A stretch of DNA of 64,000 nt from Vulcanimicrobiota bacterium. Lineage in GTDB: Bacteria > Vulcanimicrobiota > Vulcanimicrobiia > Vulcanimicrobiales > Vulcanimicrobiaceae. The notes beneath the pieces were generated by a model that worked only from the letters and a program-made list of their open reading frames with translations, searched no databases and was not told where the DNA came from. The DNA lies in NCBI GenBank assembly GCA_963786105.1, contig CAWAXX010000016.1:1-64000 (forward strand), in the 5' to 3' direction. Below are positions 16,095 to 24,995 of this stretch, one piece after another (position 1 is the stretch's first letter; each line of letters begins with the position of its first letter). Position numbers and translations under genes: made by a program.

Positions 16095-17168
16095 TTGGGT
16101 GAAGCGATTGCGGTCCTGCCTGGAGACGGAATCGGTCCCGAGGTTATCTACGCTGCCGTCGCGATTTTGCAATCCGTGCGACCCGACGTGCAGTGCGTCG
16201 AGGGCGTCGTCGGTGCTGCGGCTCTCGAGCGAGGTCTGGGGGCGCTGCCGGAGGAATCGCGCAGGCTCTGCGACCGTAGTGCGGCGATCCTCTTCGGCAG
16301 CGTCGGACATCCCGACTACGACGGCAAACCGCTCTCTGAGCGTCCCGAATACGCGCTCTTCTTGCTCCGTCGCGATTACGAACTCTACGCGAATATCCGG
16401 CCCGTACGAGTCTTTCCAGGACTGGAAGACGCGTCGAGCCTTAAACCCGACTTGGTGCGCGGCCTCGATCTCGTGGTCGTGCGCGAGCTGACAGGAGGCA
16501 TCTATTACGGGATGCCAAAGGAGCAGCGCCGCGTCGACGGCGTCGATGAGGCCGTGGACACGATGATCTACCGATCGCCCGAAATCGAACGAATCGCGCG
16601 CTTCGCTTTCGAGTTGGCGCAGACTCGCAAGAAGCGCCTCACCTCGGTGGACAAGCAAAACATTCTCGAAACGTCGCGGCTGTGGCGGCGCGTCGTCGAT
16701 CGGATCGCGCTCGACTATCGCGACGTGGCGTGCGAGCATTTCTTGGTCGATAATGCGGCGATGCAACTGGTTCGGCGCCCGGGCTACTTCGACGTGATCG
16801 TTACCGAGAACATGTTCGGTGACATCCTCTCAGACGAAGCCGCGATTCTTACCGGTTCGATCGGTACGCTTCCGAGTGCCAGCCTCGGGACGCGCGGACC
16901 GCCCGGCAAGCAGTTCGGTCTGTACGAGCCGGTCGGCGGTACCGCACCCGACATCGCGGGACGCAACGTCGCCAATCCGACGGCCGCCATCCTGTCGGCG
17001 GCGATGCTTTTGCGTCACAGCCTGGCCGACGAGACGAACGCGACCCGCATCGAGCGCGCGATCGAAAAGACGTATGCGAGCGGCGCGCGCACGGCCGAGT
17101 TTGCAGATGAGTCGTCCTCGGCGCTCTCGACCACCGCGTTTACCGACGCCGTGGCGGCGCGGTTATAG
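16095..17168 (+). CDS. leuB: 3-isopropylmalate dehydrogenase
   Basis: IAVLPGDGIGPEV, LYANIRP, VRELTGGIYYG, SVDKQNIL, NMFGDILSDEAA, YEPVGGTAPDIAG. TTG start inferred. Confidence 0.92.
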   Translation: MGEAIAVLPGDGIGPEVIYAAVAILQSVRPDVQCVEGVVGAAALERGLGALPEESRRLCDRSAAILFGSVGHPDYDGKPLSERPEYALFLLRRDYELYANIRPVRVFPGLEDASSLKPDLVRGLDLVVVRELTGGIYYGMPKEQRRVDGVDEAVDTMIYRSPEIERIARFAFELAQTRKKRLTSVDKQNILETSRLWRRVVDRIALDYRDVACEHFLVDNAAMQLVRRPGYFDVIVTENMFGDILSDEAAILTGSIGTLPSASLGTRGPPGKQFGLYEPVGGTAPDIAGRNVANPTAAILSAAMLLRHSLADETNATRIERAIEKTYASGARTAEFADESSSALSTTAFTDAVAARL

Positions 17169-17170
17169 CC

Positions 17171-18163
17171 GTGCGGTCGCCGATCGTGTGGGCGCCGGCT
17201 CGCGTAGCGGCGCTGGGCGCGTACGCTCCCGCGAACGTCCTCACCAATGCCGATTTCGAACGGCGACTCGACACCAGTGACGAGTGGATCGTCAAGCGCA
17301 CCGGCATCCGCCGCCGCCACGTCGCCGACGATGGACAGTATACGAGTCATTTGGCGATCGCTGCCGTCGACGATCTGCTCGAGCACAATCCCGGCGTCCA
17401 CTTAGAGAACGTCGACTATCTGATCGTAGGGTCGTCGACTCCCGACTATGCGTACCCCAGCGTTTCGGCGTTACTCCAAGCGCACTACCGGTTGCCCAAA
17501 ACGGTCGGCGCCCTGGACATCAGCACCGCGTGTGCGGGGTTCGCGTACGGCATCAACCTGGCCGCGGGCCTAATCGGAACGCGGCAGGTGAAGCGCGTGC
17601 TCGTCATCGTCGCCGATACGTTGACGCGTTCGGTCGACTACGCCGATCGCTCGACGGCCGTGCTCTTCGGCGACGGCGGCGGCGCGGCGTTGATCGAATA
17701 TAGCGCCGAGCCGGGAATTATCGGGATGGATGCCGGTGCCGACGGAAACGGCGGCAAGTTTCTGTACCGCACCGGGCTGCGCACGGAGATCAACGGTGTC
17801 GAGGACGCTACCCGCCTGCTCCGTCAAGAAGGCTCGGCCGTCTACCGATGGGTGATGGAGAACATTCCCGCCGCGATCGAACGGATTCTCGAGCGCGCCG
17901 GATTGGAACTCGACGACATCGACTGGTTCGTTCCGCACAGTGCCAACCTGCGCATGATCGAAGCCCTCGATAAGCGCCTGCCCTTTCCGCTGGAACGCAC
18001 GCTGTTCAGCATCGAAGAGTACGGAAACACGTCGGCCGTATCCATTCCGCTGGCGCTCGTGCCGGCCGTCCGCGACGGACGGGTCCAGCCGGGACAACGG
18101 TTGCTGCTGATGGGCTTCGGCGGCGGTCTCGTTATGGCGGGTAACGTGATTTTATGGTCCTGA
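17171..18163 (+). CDS. fabH: 3-oxoacyl-ACP synthase III
   Basis: LDTSDEWIVKRTGIRRR, catalytic C (TACAGF), H (VPHSAN), N (YGNTSAVSIP), GFGGGL. Confidence 0.95.
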   Translation: MRSPIVWAPARVAALGAYAPANVLTNADFERRLDTSDEWIVKRTGIRRRHVADDGQYTSHLAIAAVDDLLEHNPGVHLENVDYLIVGSSTPDYAYPSVSALLQAHYRLPKTVGALDISTACAGFAYGINLAAGLIGTRQVKRVLVIVADTLTRSVDYADRSTAVLFGDGGGAALIEYSAEPGIIGMDAGADGNGGKFLYRTGLRTEINGVEDATRLLRQEGSAVYRWVMENIPAAIERILERAGLELDDIDWFVPHSANLRMIEALDKRLPFPLERTLFSIEEYGNTSAVSIPLALVPAVRDGRVQPGQRLLLMGFGGGLVMAGNVILWS

Positions 18164-19120
18164 GCGGACGTATTCCCACGCCGACTGCACCGCTTTGTAC
18201 AAATCCGGGTTGTTCTTCAAACCGTACTGGGGATCTTCATCCGGCTGTGCGAGATACTCGTAGATGGTGATCGCCGGAGTGACGTGCGCTAGATTCACGA
18301 TGGTCTGGTAAAGGTCGCGCGAATTGGCTTGACCGATTTCGGTCACATACACGCTCGGTAACGATCCGTTTTGAAGCGGGCCGGCGGCTTGGCGAATCGC
18401 GAGCGTCGCGTCGGACATGCGACTCGGCGCCACGCCGTAAGGATGGAAGCCGAAGCCGCCGACGGGCACGGGTGGTTTCGCGCCGTCGAGTATTCCGGCC
18501 AGCGCGGCCGTCCACGGACGGTCTTCGCCCGAAACGCCGCTGGTGATGACGTCGATCCCAAACGACGCAATCACGGGTGCCACCAGCTGGTAGTAGGCCG
18601 CGTACGCTTTGACGTCGGCAAATCCGTTGGCCGAAAGGTCGGCTTCGTTGGCAACCTCGGCGTACCGTATGCAGCCTGCTTCGCGCGCCGTGTAGCGCGC
18701 GAAGAACTCCCGAACGTTGTCGACTAAATCCTGTCCGAGTTTGACGTCATCTTTCGGGCTTGGCACGATAACCATCAACTGGAGACCCGAACCGCAGATG
18801 ATATCCATGCCGCTATCCTCGCGGTACCACCGTATTTTCTCGAACCGGAGCCGGTCGGGAATCCAGCCGGTCCGCACGTAACTCGCGTGAAGGTTGTCGC
18901 GGATGTCCTGCATGGTGCGCGGATTGACGTACTTGCGTTGCACGATGCCCCACTTCGCGCCGCCGAGGGTTGGCAGCTCGATGCCGAGTTGGGCGGTGGG
19001 CGGCGCCGAGCCGCCGGCCGGCGACGGTTGCGAGTCGCCGGCGATGGGCACCAACGACAACGCCGTCAGGCACCCCAGCATCGTCCAGACGCCGCGATGC
19101 CCGTAGCACCCCGGCTTCAT
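18152..19120 (-). CDS. Secreted clan GH-A-like glycoside hydrolase (family uncertain)
   Basis: Signal-like N-terminus. EVANEAD (acid/base NE), GFHPY, VYVTEIG (nucleophile E) in TIM-barrel order. ATG overlaps the upstream stop (ATGA). Confidence 0.65.
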   Translation of the reverse strand: MKPGCYGHRGVWTMLGCLTALSLVPIAGDSQPSPAGGSAPPTAQLGIELPTLGGAKWGIVQRKYVNPRTMQDIRDNLHASYVRTGWIPDRLRFEKIRWYREDSGMDIICGSGLQLMVIVPSPKDDVKLGQDLVDNVREFFARYTAREAGCIRYAEVANEADLSANGFADVKAYAAYYQLVAPVIASFGIDVITSGVSGEDRPWTAALAGILDGAKPPVPVGGFGFHPYGVAPSRMSDATLAIRQAAGPLQNGSLPSVYVTEIGQANSRDLYQTIVNLAHVTPAITIYEYLAQPDEDPQYGLKNNPDLYKAVQSAWEYVRSGP

Positions 19121-19485
19121 ACGCGCGTCGACCGTTCGGCAACCTTGCGCCCGATGAAGTCGATGAAGCGCACGTGGAGCGTTGCGTGCGCTCCCGGATG
19201 GGCGGACGACCACGCGGCGCTCCACTGCGCGACCACGGTACGCTGCATGACGTCCACAGCATCGTCGTCCATTCCTATGAAGCCTTGCAAATCCAAGCTC
19301 ACGATCAGCGTCGTGTCGTTTCGAACATCGAAGCCCATCACCACTCCGGGGTAGCTGTGCTTGAGCGCCGACAACTGCGCGACTTCCGACGAGGCGGCGC
19401 GCTCGGCCGGCGACTGCGGCGACGCACATCCGACGGATGCGAGCACGAATGCGCCGCAAATGAGGCGCCGCACGAGGATCATCAT
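19117..19485 (-). CDS. Small putative lipoprotein
   Basis: Hydrophobic signal ending in lipobox-like SVGC; 122 aa; coupled to the downstream hydrolase. Confidence 0.65.
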   Translation of the reverse strand: MMILVRRLICGAFVLASVGCASPQSPAERAASSEVAQLSALKHSYPGVVMGFDVRNDTTLIVSLDLQGFIGMDDDAVDVMQRTVVAQWSAAWSSAHPGAHATLHVRFIDFIGRKVAERSTRV

Positions 19486-19526
19486 CCGGCAACGTTTCGG
19501 TTACGGCACGCGACTACCATGCGCTG

Positions 19527-20135
19527 ATGGACGGAATTGCATGGGCGGGGAGCGCGATGGTCGCCGCTCGCACCCGCCTCGAGATTGCGACACAAAACTT
19601 AGCGAACGTTTCAACCGACGGATTTGCCCGCATCGTCGCGCAGGGCTCGCTCACGCCCGCCGGCGTTGCGATCGCGCGCCGGCCGGATGCGACATCTCGC
19701 GGGGCGCTGCGGCCGACCGGGCGCGACTTCGATCTGGCGATCGTCGGCAAGGGTGCCTTCATCGTTGCCGATGCCGCCGGCAACCGAACCACGACGCGCG
19801 CCGGCGCTTTCACCCGCGAACGCAGCGGCGTCCTGAGCGACGCTTCCGGCCGCCGCCTGATTGCCGTCGGTCGCCCGTTGCAGGTTCCCGACGGTGCGCA
19901 TATCGACACGCGCGGTTGCATCGTAGCGGCCGACGGCCGTACGGTCGGCCGGATTCCGTTGCCGCCGGGCAGTACGATTCAATCCGGCTTCTTGGAAACT
20001 GCGAGCGTCGACGCGATCCATGAGATGATCGACGTTCTTTGCGCCGAGCGTTCGTTCGAAAGCGCGCAAAAGGTTGTTTCGTCGATCGACCGCACGCGCG
20101 AAAAATCCGCCGGCGACGTCGCGCGCGTGAAGTAG
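19527..20135 (+). CDS. flgF: Flagellar basal-body rod protein FlgF-like (shortened)
   Basis: NLANVSTDGF, GALRPTGRDFDLAIVGKGAF, TTRAGAF, SGFLETASVDAIHEMIDVL...RSFESAQKV. 202 aa. Confidence 0.8.
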   Translation: MDGIAWAGSAMVAARTRLEIATQNLANVSTDGFARIVAQGSLTPAGVAIARRPDATSRGALRPTGRDFDLAIVGKGAFIVADAAGNRTTTRAGAFTRERSGVLSDASGRRLIAVGRPLQVPDGAHIDTRGCIVAADGRTVGRIPLPPGSTIQSGFLETASVDAIHEMIDVLCAERSFESAQKVVSSIDRTREKSAGDVARVK

Positions 20136-20144
20136 AGCGCTCGA

Positions 20145-20873
20145 ATGGATCGCGCGTTGTTCGCAGCAGCCAGCGGCATGGCCGCGCAACAGCAAAACCT
20201 CGACACCATTGCCGACGATCTTGCCAACGCCGACGTCGCCGGTTTCAAAGCGTCGGTGCAGCGCTTCGCCGCATTGGCCGCGCCCGGCGAAACCGGCGTC
20301 GGCACGGTCGCGCTCGGTTCGCACGTGCTCTTGACTCAAGGGAAACTCGCCAAGAGCGGAGGGGCGTTCGACGTGGCGATCGACGGGCCGGGGTTTTTCA
20401 CGGTCATCGACGAACGGGGCCGCCGCGCGTATACGCGCGACGGTGAGTTCGAGCGGGCTGCCGACGGCACGTTGCGCAACGCCGCCGGAATGCGTCTCGA
20501 GAACGTCCTCGTGCCGGCGGATGCACTTTCCCTCTCGGTCGCCGACGACGGAAGCGTGCGCGCGGCGCTGGCCGGCGGAGCGCGGACAATCGGCCATCTT
20601 CGAATCGCGATTTTTCCGGCGCCCGAGCGTTTGCGCGCCGTCGGCGGTGCGCTGTTCGCGGCCACTGCAGCGTCGGGTGCGCCGCGCCGCGTCGTACCCG
20701 GATCCGATGACGGTCCGAAAGTGCGTTTTGGAATGCTGGAGCGTTCAAACGTGTCGATCGTCGAGGCGATGATGCAAATCCTCAGCGCGCAGCGTGCGTA
20801 CGAAGCCAACGCGAAAGGCGTTCAAGCTGCCGACGAAATGCTGCGTATCGCCAATAATCTGCAGCGTGGATAA
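20145..20873 (+). CDS. flgG: Flagellar basal-body rod protein FlgG
   Basis: RALFAAASGMAAQQQNLDTIADDLAN, DVAIDGPGFF, YTRDGEF, LERSNVSIVEAMMQILSAQRAYEANAKGVQAADEML. Confidence 0.88.
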   Translation: MDRALFAAASGMAAQQQNLDTIADDLANADVAGFKASVQRFAALAAPGETGVGTVALGSHVLLTQGKLAKSGGAFDVAIDGPGFFTVIDERGRRAYTRDGEFERAADGTLRNAAGMRLENVLVPADALSLSVADDGSVRAALAGGARTIGHLRIAIFPAPERLRAVGGALFAATAASGAPRRVVPGSDDGPKVRFGMLERSNVSIVEAMMQILSAQRAYEANAKGVQAADEMLRIANNLQRG

Positions 20874-21054
20874 CGCGATTCGGGTCGGAGTTGCATTCGA
20901 GGCGATGCTGCTCGCCCCGATGCTGCGGCCGATGATTCCCGCCTCCGACGCGCTCGGTGAGTACGGACTCGACATGCTGGCGCGGGAGATTGCGGCCCAC
21001 GACCGCCACGGCTTCGCCGGTGTGGTCGCGGCGGAGCTGCACGCGCGGCCGTGA
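20866..21054 (+). CDS. Mini FlgJ-like rod-binding protein (no muramidase domain)
   Basis: 62 aa, GTG start. AFEAMLLAPMLRPM resembles the FE-x-MLK-x-M rod-binding motif. Overlaps flgG and fliA. Confidence 0.5.
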   Translation: MDNAIRVGVAFEAMLLAPMLRPMIPASDALGEYGLDMLAREIAAHDRHGFAGVVAAELHARP

Positions 21055-21731
21055 GCGGGACGCAAAACATGCGCGAGGATACGATTCGCGCACTTTTGCC
21101 CTTCGTCAAGCGCATAGCGCGGCGCATCAAACGTCTCGTTCCCGGCTTCGATCTCGACGATTTGGTCGGCGACGGCAGTCTTGGTTTGATCCGCGCCGTC
21201 GATTCGTTTGATCCGTCGCGCGGCCCGACGCTGCAACAGTACGCGCGGCGTTTGATCATCGGCGCGATGCTCAACGGAATTCGCCGAATGGATCCGGTGT
21301 CGGAGCGCGCGCGCCGTATCGTGCGCGACGGAGAAAACGAGCGCTTTGCCATGGCGGTGGCACGCGGCGAGATTCCGCCAGCGGCGGAAGTGGAACGGCG
21401 CTGCCCGGGATATCTTCGGGCGATGTCGGCGACCCATCGCGGCCAGCCGCTTTCTCTTGACGCGCCGCTTCCGCAGGGCGAAACGTTATCCGGCGACTGG
21501 AGCGGCGATCCCGGGCGAATCTTCGAAGAGCGCAGCCGCCACGCCGAGATGGCGGCACTGATCGCGCGCCTGCCGCCGCGCCAACGTGACGTCGTCTTGG
21601 CGCACTATTATGGCGGTAGCTCGCTACGCTCGATAGGAAAACGGATGGCCATCTCCCCGCAACGCGCGTCGCAGCTGCACCTCGCGGCCATCGCCAAACT
21701 TCAGGCAAGCGCTCATGCTCCGCCGGATTGA
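21051..21731 (+). CDS. fliA: FliA/WhiG-family sigma-28 factor
   Basis: LPFVKRIARR, DDLVGDGSLGLIRAVDSFDPSRG, GAMLNGIRRMDPV, region 4 LPPRQRDVV...SLRSIGKRMAISPQRASQLH. Confidence 0.82.
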   Translation: MSGTQNMREDTIRALLPFVKRIARRIKRLVPGFDLDDLVGDGSLGLIRAVDSFDPSRGPTLQQYARRLIIGAMLNGIRRMDPVSERARRIVRDGENERFAMAVARGEIPPAAEVERRCPGYLRAMSATHRGQPLSLDAPLPQGETLSGDWSGDPGRIFEERSRHAEMAALIARLPPRQRDVVLAHYYGGSSLRSIGKRMAISPQRASQLHLAAIAKLQASAHAPPD

Positions 21732-22026
21732 ACCCGAAGAAGGCGCAGCCGCCCTCGGCATTCCGGCGAACTCGACTCGGCAGTCCGAGGCGGTCGTGCC
21801 GGCAATCGCGGAAAGCGATCTCGAAACCACCGGCCTGCCCCACGACCATCCTCGCTGGGTGCGCGACGCCGTTGCGGTTTCGCATCGCGCTCGCGAACTG
21901 CTCGGAAGGCTCAAGCCGGTCGTCGTCGCCGTCGCGTCACTCTGGGACCATCGCCTGCGTTGTATCGTCATTGGGGATCGCCGAGTCCGGATCGATCCGA
22001 GCGGCAGTTACCGGGCGGACGTGTGA
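21715..22026 (+). CDS. Hypothetical protein
   Basis: 103 aa. Overlaps the fliA 3' end and ends in a GTGA overlap with the next gene, consistent with a real coupled ORF. Confidence 0.5.
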   Translation: MLRRIEPEEGAAALGIPANSTRQSEAVVPAIAESDLETTGLPHDHPRWVRDAVAVSHRARELLGRLKPVVVAVASLWDHRLRCIVIGDRRVRIDPSGSYRADV

Positions 22027-23264
22027 AGCAGTTTTTCTCAGAACGCATTTCGCGCCATTTCGCGATCGCGGCGGCAGCCGGGGTGCTGACCGCCTGGGCG
22101 GCGCTCGGTTCGCCGGTCGCCCGTGCCGAAGTAACGTCGATCACCCTTCACGATCCCGGCCGCTCCGAGGTTACCAATCCGGATGCGGCGCTGGAGATCG
22201 CGCGCCGGCGCATGCAGGCGCACGACTTTCTGGCTGCCGTCGGCGGCTTGGAGCGATATTTGAGCGTTTACCCGCAAGAACTGGTCGTGCGCCGTTTCCT
22301 CGGCGACGTCTATTTTCGCCTCGGCGACTTGCAGCGTGCCGAAGCGACGTACCGCGAGATCGTCGAGAACCACCCCTTCGATTCGGAAGCGCATCATAGG
22401 CTCGGCATGCTCGACCTCCTCGAGCAACACCTCGACGCCGCAATCCACGAGTTCGGCGCCAGCCTGCCGGAGTCGATCGGCGACCTCGTGATGGCTCACG
22501 AGCGCAAAGGCGATCTCGACGAATTCGAGCGGTCGCTGCAAGGACAGGCGGCCGGCCGTCCACGCGACGCCGACGTGCAATACGAGATGGCGGAAACGTA
22601 TGACGACCTTCGTTTACCCTACGACGCGGTGACGTACTTCCAGCGAGCCCTTGCGATCTATCCGACGTCGATCGACTTTCTCAACGGGATGGCGGTCGCG
22701 CAAATGGAGATACACGACGACGCCGCGGCCGAGCGAACGTTTGCTCGATGCCTGAATTACGACCCCGACAGCTACGCGTGTCGAAACGATCTCGGCTCCC
22801 TTTACATCGACCAAAAACGCTACGACGACGCTGCCCGCGAGCTAAACCGCGCCCACGAGCTTGCACCGGAGGGCCCCGAGGCGTTGGTGAATCTCGGATA
22901 TCTGGCCGACGCGCGCGGAGATCGTCGCGATGCGGTCGCGTATTACGCTGCGGCGATCGACGTCTGGCCGTACTCGTCCGACGCCTACGTCGACTTGAGC
23001 TACGACGACGTGCAGCAGGGAATGATCGACCAGGCAGAGGCCGTCCTGCTCAAAGGTCTAGCGGTCGCACCGGAAGACGCGCGTATCCACTACTTGCTCG
23101 GCGTCGTCGACGAGGTGCATGGGAAACGCGCCGAGGCGGTCGCCGAATTCCGCTCCGCCGAACTATCGCTCGATCCCGAGATTGCCGTTTCGGCGCGGGA
23201 GAGCATCAGCGACATCGAGGGTTCCACTAGTGCAGGTGGGCCGCCAGTGCGACCGCCACGGTAG
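22023..23264 (+). CDS. Exported tetratricopeptide-repeat protein
   Basis: Signal peptide (...SPVARA). Multiple TPRs (FLGDVYFRLGDLQRAEATY, RNDLGSLYIDQKRYDDA, LVNLGYLADARG). Confidence 0.85.
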   Translation: MKQFFSERISRHFAIAAAAGVLTAWAALGSPVARAEVTSITLHDPGRSEVTNPDAALEIARRRMQAHDFLAAVGGLERYLSVYPQELVVRRFLGDVYFRLGDLQRAEATYREIVENHPFDSEAHHRLGMLDLLEQHLDAAIHEFGASLPESIGDLVMAHERKGDLDEFERSLQGQAAGRPRDADVQYEMAETYDDLRLPYDAVTYFQRALAIYPTSIDFLNGMAVAQMEIHDDAAAERTFARCLNYDPDSYACRNDLGSLYIDQKRYDDAARELNRAHELAPEGPEALVNLGYLADARGDRRDAVAYYAAAIDVWPYSSDAYVDLSYDDVQQGMIDQAEAVLLKGLAVAPEDARIHYLLGVVDEVHGKRAEAVAEFRSAELSLDPEIAVSARESISDIEGSTSAGGPPVRPPR

Positions 23265-23343
23265 CCGCACCGAGAAAGACGAAATACACCATAGCCTGGG
23301 CGACGAGCAACTCTTCGTGATTTTCGGTAAAACGTTTGCGCAT
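23227..23343 (-). CDS. Small membrane protein, 38 aa (absent from the ORF track)
   Basis: AAAGGAGGT RBS 7 nt before ATG. MRKRFTENHEELLVAQAMVYFVFLGAATVAVALAAHLH, with one TM helix. Confidence 0.6.
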   Translation of the reverse strand: MRKRFTENHEELLVAQAMVYFVFLGAATVAVALAAHLH

Positions 23344-23384
23344 CGAAGCGACCTCCTTTCGGCCACTGCGACTATGGAATCACG

Positions 23385-24995
23385 TCAACCTGATAACGGT
23401 CTGGACGGATCCATGGCGCGCGCTGAGAGCGCCGGGGTTGCGGCGCTTTTCGGTGTAAAGAGGTTGTCGCCGGTCATGCGTTCGGGAACCGGCAGGTCCA
23501 TGATGCGTAACAGCGTTGGCGCGACGTCGCCGAGCTTTCCGCCGCCGGCGAGCGTTCCTTCGAGCCCACTGGCGACGAGCAGCAACGGTACCGGGTTGGT
23601 AGTATGAGCCGTGAGCGGGTTCCCGTGAGCGTCGAGCTTCGCTTCGGCGTTGCCGTGGTCGGCGGTAACGACCAGCAGTCCGCCGGCCTTTAGGGTGGCG
23701 TCGGCCAACCGCTGGAGACACCCGTCGAGTAGTTCCAGGCCTGCGATGGTCGGTTCCCATTTGCCGGTATGTCCGACCATGTCGGCGTTTGCGTAGTTCA
23801 TCACGATCGCATCGTAACTTCCGGCCGAAATCGCGGCCAATGCCGCGTCGGTAATTTCGACGGCGCGCATGGCGGGCGCCAGGTCGTAGGTGGGGACCGA
23901 ACGATCGGAAGGAATCAACGCGCGGTCTTCGCCTTCGAACTCGTCTTCCCGACCGCCGTTGAAGAAATAGGTCACGTGCGCGTATTTTTCCGTTTCGGCC
24001 AGTCGCAGTTGACGCAGACCGGCGCGCGAAAGGATTTCGCCGAACGTGTCGTTCTGAGGACGCGGTCCGAAGAGCACCGGATTGGGGTAGTCCTCTTCGT
24101 ATTTCGTCATCGTCGCAAAAAAAAGATCGTCGTACGGCCGCGGTTCGAATTCGTCGAACGGTCTGCCACGATACGCCACGATGCCGGCGTCGAGCGCGGT
24201 CGTCAACTGGCGCGCGCGATCCGGTCGAAAGTTGAAGAAGACGCAGGCGTCGCCGTCCTCGATCGGACGCGGCGTCGCGACGATCGCCGGCAATACGAAC
24301 TCGTCGTCTTCACCGCGAGCGTAGGCCGAAAGCAGGGCATCGAGTGCGGTTTGCGCGTGATACTCGGCGCGGCCGAAGGCCAACGCCGCGTACGCTCGCT
24401 CCGTCCTTTCCCAGCGTTTGTCGCGATCCATTGCATAGTACCGCCCGCCTACGCTTGCAATCGAGCCTTGGCGCCCGACCGCCGCAAGTTTTTCTTCGAG
24501 CTGCGCCAGGTAGGTCTCGGCCGAGCGCGGCGGAGTGTCGCGGCCATCGAGAAAAGCATGCACTGCAATAGGCACGCCACCGGCAACCGCCGCGTCGATC
24601 AGGGCGAAGAGATGTTCGAGCGAGCTGTGCACGCGTCCGTCGGACAGCAATCCCATCAAGTGCAAACTTCCGGCGTTGCGTTTAGCGTGCCCGATGGCGG
24701 CCTGCAGGACTTCGTTACGGTCGAATTCGCCGGACGTAATCGCCGCGTCGATGAGCACCTGTCCCTGAGCGACCACGCGCCCGCTGCCCAGGTTCGTGTG
24801 ACCGACCTCGCTGTTGCCCATGACGCCCTTTGGAAGGCCGACCGCTTCGCCCGATGCCACCAGCGTCGTCCATGGATAAGCTTCGAAAAGCGCTCGCCAA
24901 TGCGGCAGCGAGGCTGCGGCGACGGCGTTTCCGTACGTCGCATCGCTGCATCCCCAGCCGTCGAGCACGGCGATCACGACCGGGCGAAACCTCAC
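23385..24995 (-). CDS. gpmI: 2,3-bisphosphoglycerate-independent phosphoglycerate mutase
   Basis: VLDGWG, MGNSEVGHTNLG, FLDGRDTPP, GRYYAMDRD, AETEKYAHVTYFFNGG, ADMVGHTG, TADHGN, TAHT. Confidence 0.97.
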   Translation of the reverse strand: MRFRPVVIAVLDGWGCSDATYGNAVAAASLPHWRALFEAYPWTTLVASGEAVGLPKGVMGNSEVGHTNLGSGRVVAQGQVLIDAAITSGEFDRNEVLQAAIGHAKRNAGSLHLMGLLSDGRVHSSLEHLFALIDAAVAGGVPIAVHAFLDGRDTPPRSAETYLAQLEEKLAAVGRQGSIASVGGRYYAMDRDKRWERTERAYAALAFGRAEYHAQTALDALLSAYARGEDDEFVLPAIVATPRPIEDGDACVFFNFRPDRARQLTTALDAGIVAYRGRPFDEFEPRPYDDLFFATMTKYEEDYPNPVLFGPRPQNDTFGEILSRAGLRQLRLAETEKYAHVTYFFNGGREDEFEGEDRALIPSDRSVPTYDLAPAMRAVEITDAALAAISAGSYDAIVMNYANADMVGHTGKWEPTIAGLELLDGCLQRLADATLKAGGLLVVTADHGNAEAKLDAHGNPLTAHTTNPVPLLLVASGLEGTLAGGGKLGDVAPTLLRIMDLPVPERMTGDNLFTPKSAATPALSARAMDPSRPLSG

